DNA from: Phoronis australis
Lineage: Eukaryota > Animalia > Phoronida
NCBI GenBank assembly: GCA_002633005.1
Contig: NMRA01000348.1
Location: 424,624 to 488,623 of the forward strand
DNA length: 64,000 nt
Direction: 5' to 3'
Every line of letters starts with the position of its first letter. Positions within the stretch are counted from its first letter, which is position 1. This document shows positions 1-64,000 of this stretch, in pieces. The notes below the pieces were generated by a model. That model did no database searches. It saw nothing but the letters and a program-made list of their open reading frames with translations, and was not told where the DNA came from. The translations under genes and the position numbers were made by a program.

Positions 1-150
1 GAAATTCAAGTGTGTAACAGAAACTTTGTTAATAGTATTGACCATGTGAAACGCTCTAGCGCAGGATACGCTAATTGCTAAGACATCAGCAGACTGAGAC
101 AAATCACGTTAATATTATGCATATTATCTTGATATTTCCGAGTTACTCAC

Positions 151-318
151 TGGAACATTCGACAGCATTGTTATTCCAAGCTGCGTCAGCGTCACAGATT
201 CGAGTAACGTTACCCCCTGACTGTTCACCACACGAGTATGTTGCTACCCCCTCGTACATCTCAGACGTGATAGTGACAGTTGAATTGGCTTTCGCAGCTG
301 GTCGATTGCATTTTTTTC
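151..318 (-). pseudogene. Sushi exon type B with open frame but mutated acceptor
   Basis: KKCNRPAAKANSTV...ATYSCGEQSGGNVTRICDADAAWNNNAVECS, donor GTGAGT intact, acceptor reads tGG, 9 nt shorter than the intact 177-nt copies. Confidence 0.65.
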
Positions 319-492
319 CCACAAGACATTAAAATATCACACAAAATAGACTTTGTGTTATCATTTCTGAACATGTAACTCGAACTTAAATACAAAAATG
401 CAACTGCAACTTTCTGAGTGGAATGCAAAAGTATCATGATACTACAGATTTTTGTCCTAGGACACATTTTGAACACTTGTTCTGCCAAGTAT

Positions 493-670
493 TGGAGCAC
501 TCCAGAGGACATCAAGTCCACTTCCCGGGCGTGCCGCAGAATTTTGCTACGTTTCCATCCGATTCTTTTAAATCCACCGCTGCAAGAATAAGTTGCCAGT
601 CCTTCGTACTTCATCGAAGCCCTGCGCGCAGATGAATTGACCTTGCATGGTGGAGGTCCACATTTCTTTC
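493..670 (-). pseudogene. Dead Sushi exon, type A
   Basis: KKCGPPP...YEGLATYSC then frameshift; acceptor AG changed to AT and donor GT changed to AT. Confidence 0.8.
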
Positions 671-825
671 ATCAAATCCAAGGGTGTGGTAGAAATTAGT
701 TTATTAGTGCTGACCATCGAAACGCTAGATAACGGGAAATGTAATTTGCATCCATCACTAGAAAATTGAGATCAAATAGACTCAATTACTGCAGATATTT
801 TTCTGATATTTTCCCAATTGCGTAC

Positions 826-996
826 TGGAACATTGGATAGGATTCCCTATCGTCGTCGCGGATTCATGTAACGTTGCCCCGGACTTTTCATATCCATCGT
901 CACACGAGTAAGTTACGACTCCTTCGTGCTCCTGTGATGTTTCAGTGACAGTTGAATTGGTGTTGTTACCTGTAGTTGGTATGCCGCATATCTTCC
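826..996 (-). pseudogene. Dead Sushi exon, type B
   Basis: KICG...EGVVTYSCDDGYEKSG...GNPIQCS; acceptor reads cAT instead of cAG; third Cys and Trp lost by deletion. Confidence 0.75.
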
Positions 997-1174
997 ATGC
1001 ATTCAATGAAATGTCCCAGAAATCAGACATCGTGTGACCGGTTCTGAACGTGTGCACTGCTGGTACATCTCAAATTTAATTACACGTAAAAATAACTTTT
1101 ACATTCTTAAGCAACACAGAATTATTAGATACAACAGGTATGGTGTTACTGTGCACAACACTTGGATTACGTAC

Positions 1175-61012
<59,838 letters not shown>

Positions 61013-61237
61013 CACTTCGAATTCCCTCCTTCTCGCCTTGCAGCTTCTGTTCAATGGAATTTTTAGTTTGATCGATCAAAGCAGGTACATGTATATCCTT
61101 GTCGGGTGATCGAAAATAGCTTCCCGTAGAAAGCGCTTCAGGCTCAGTCAGTCCCAGGGTGATCAACAAACGGACGCGCTCTGAACTCCGTTTGGTTGAG
61201 GCTCAACCAATGGTCTGCCCTAAACCTCGGAAGGGCT

Positions 61238-61380
61238 GCGGTTATTGAGTGGTTAAATGTCCGGGGGGGGGGTTACTGATCCTGTATATGCTACCACCGA
61301 CTGTTGAANGCGGTTATTGAGTGGTTAAATGTCCGGGGGGGGGGTTACTGATCCTGTATATGCTACCACCGACTGTTGAA
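61238..61380. other. Assembly gap artefact: identical 71-bp sequence on both sides of a single N
   Basis: 61238-61308 equals 61310-61380; N at 61309; both copies contain a G10 run. Confidence 0.85.
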
Positions 61381-64000
61381 CCAGCAGTCATAGTTCAATA
61401 TACTTGGGTGCTTTTGCTATGTTTTTATGTCGAATGTTATTTAATTACATTGAACGCAAGAATTTCCTGGGGATGGGTTAAGTTAAGGGGGTATTTGACG
61501 ACGGCGAGTTGCAAAGTTGATGGCGAAAGAAGTAAGGACAGGCTGCAAATGGCATGTATGCTGCATGATGCTCTTCGTAGTCTGTGGTCACAATAAGCTA
61601 TGCTGATCACATTCAATCCAATGGTGTAGAGGTGATAATTATCTAACATGTCGTTGAGCGACAAATTAATCACAAACGTTTTGGCTGATATGAATGGAAG
61701 TGACACAGAATATTTAAAAACAGGAGTATTCCCACAACCTTAAAGTGCAGTGACATCGTGCAGAAGTGCATGGTGTCATTGATAATTTGTGTCCTCGTTT
61801 GAAGCTTACTGGTTTGTATTCATTACATTTTTTAGCATCACATCTATACGTTGTACTCCGTGGTACACAGTAACTACTCGTCAGATTTCGCCCCACGGCT
61901 TCAGTGACAAGAGATTTTTCTTTAATTTTCACACAAAGACGAGGTACAATAGAAGGTTCAACACTCCCTGCTGCAGCCCAAACATTACATGTAAGTACAG
62001 GCCTATCCACTGGTTATGTAATATTGAATGGATGTTCACAATCTCGCTTTCTATAGCGGCTAGACTGAACGATGGTGTTTTGTGCTGTGTCTAGCAGTTA
62101 TATTTGCAGTACAGCCGCTCACGGAGTATATTAAAAGGTTCGGGTACGCAGGTCAAATGACAAAAACGAGCCCGTTTTCATCAAGCGCCGGAGAAACCTT
62201 GCCTTACCTCGAAAAAATGCTCTGTTCATTATTTTCTGATATTTTCGTGCTGTAAATTACAAAAATACCACAGAAATGCAGCTTGACAGTGTAGTTCACG
62301 CGTACGTGAGAACTATAGTAAACTTTGTTTTCAGCGCACGTTTATGCGGCCCCTCGGTCAAAGGTCCTGTATTAAAGGTGAAAGGTCAAAGGTCACGATT
62401 ACGTATGCAACCGGAAATGACAATGACGTCACAAATCATTATGTATTTGATTAGACCCTTTTATTATTTAGAAAGGCCTTTGACCAAAGCCAAGGTCTTC
62501 CGTGTAACAGGAGTGGCCATCTCAGTAGACAGGAAAGAAAAAGATGAGGCTGAATTGGAAATCACGTGAAAGCTGACGTCCTGAAATAGGTTAGGTTGTG
62601 GCACCGTGCATCACCCGGATGTTCTGACACTAAAAATGGTGAATACGTTGTGTTTGCAGAGTTCCACTGATCGATAGATGAAACAAAATTGGGATTATGC
62701 TGCGCACTGAATATGGATTACCTTATTTTGCGAGCGCCACGTGCATCGTCGTTGTATATTGCTCATTCTCACTCCTCTCTCAACAACAGATTTTGCGTGA
62801 AACCCGTCTTCAGAATAAGTATTGATTAAGTAATTAGTAAGAATACATCCATTTTAAGTTGCCCAAAGTTTGTGCATATGTACTTTAAAATCATGGGGTC
62901 AAACTTGTTGACATGTATTTTAACGTCAAAATCTACTTTTTCAACAGCGTTTTTTTACTTTGTTCTGTTGTCAGAGCAATCAAGAGATTGTAGAAATTTC
63001 TGAGAACGGATTGTAACAGTGAATGATATGAGTAGATAAGATCATGTGACAGAATAAAGTTTCAGTTATCACGAGTAGTGTTTTTGAGTTTCCAACGCCA
63101 AAAAATCTTCTTTTTTTTCAAACTCTTGATTAGGATGTGAGATTTGGACTCGCATTACGGCGTTTTCTCGTTGCTCCCAACAATTTGGGAAGATGAACCA
63201 TGTAGCCAATATCTTGAACTACTGATAAACCCCATTCTGGCATTGATGGTTGGAGGGCCAGCTCAATTTTGTTCGATAACTGCTCTAATCACCAATAAGA
63301 TCGTATCTAGCCTGACTGGGCTGTGTTGTGGAGAATAAAATGTAAGTTATAACGTATTTGAACATAAACCAATAGCATTTCTGAACTCCTCGTCAAACGA
63401 TGATCATGTTTAGTTTTTGAATTGCCAAAATCGCCCAACCACAACCGAAGTTAAGACAATTCCAATCGTTTACCAATTCGCTGTGGTTTTGACTGTGTTC
63501 ACCCGTGGTCTGTAATGATCCTTTTTTTGGTTTAATACTATATGGTCACCAAACAAAACATTTGTTTCTGACTAATGGCAGAAATGCAAATGGCGTCGTT
63601 ATACTTCTGTTCTGGGAGGTATGATCAGATGATTTTAATGAGTGTACCCACCGTAGACAGTAACTTCCAACTTGATGCATTTTGGGGCAAAGCCCTTAAA
63701 TAGCTCTTCCTTTTGGCGTTTATGTTGTGTCTGAAGGAAGTGGGTATGGGGCTCCCCACTTGTGTAATGCTTAATATACCTTTTTTCACAGTTTTGATTA
63801 ATAACACAAAGTATTTTTTGTTGGATAGCGTCATTGTCTGTAGCCCAGGTGATCAATCGAAAATGGGGGAGTGCCAGAAGCTATCCAGCAGAATGTACAG
63901 TTGTGTTTTTAATTATCTTTGTGTTAAACAATAGATGCTACGTAACTATACTGGTTTAACGAATCTGCTTAATTTTGATTGCAAATTCACCAAATGTAAT

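Noticed and set aside
61238-61380. Perfect 71-bp direct repeat upstream of exon 1
   Set aside because: The copies flank a single N and are identical, typical of overlapping contig ends rather than biology
63380-63470. LRLWLGDF peptide reminiscent of eukaryotic RdRP
   Set aside because: Flanking residues do not continue the motif and stops surround it; probably chance

Overview
AT-rich invertebrate (metazoan) genomic DNA, not prokaryotic. Almost the whole window is one multi-exon gene on the minus strand, which I reconstructed by hand from GT-AG boundaries and exon phases. It has 21 coding exons from the ATG at 61012 down to 1175 (about 1180 codons) and probably continues past the left edge. 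The encoded protein is signal peptide-NIDO-IPT/TIG-AMOP-VWD (GDPH site)-multiple Sushi/CCP, i.e. the Mesh/SUSD2/MUC4 family. Exon 2 carries a 1-nt frameshift in an A-run as assembled. The 3' end is a ~670-bp-period tandem array of alternating A- and B-type Sushi exons; all B copies and one A copy appear dead. Introns hold many transposon relics: five copies of a hairpin-ended element with an internal tRNA-like segment (two inverted pairs), HINE/Helentron-like clusters with internal tandem repeats, a Harbinger MITE, smaller MITEs, and decayed Gypsy, L1/Tx1, RLE-type and RNase H retroelement fragments. There is one assembly-gap artefact. No database searches were possible, so all family names rest on motif recognition.
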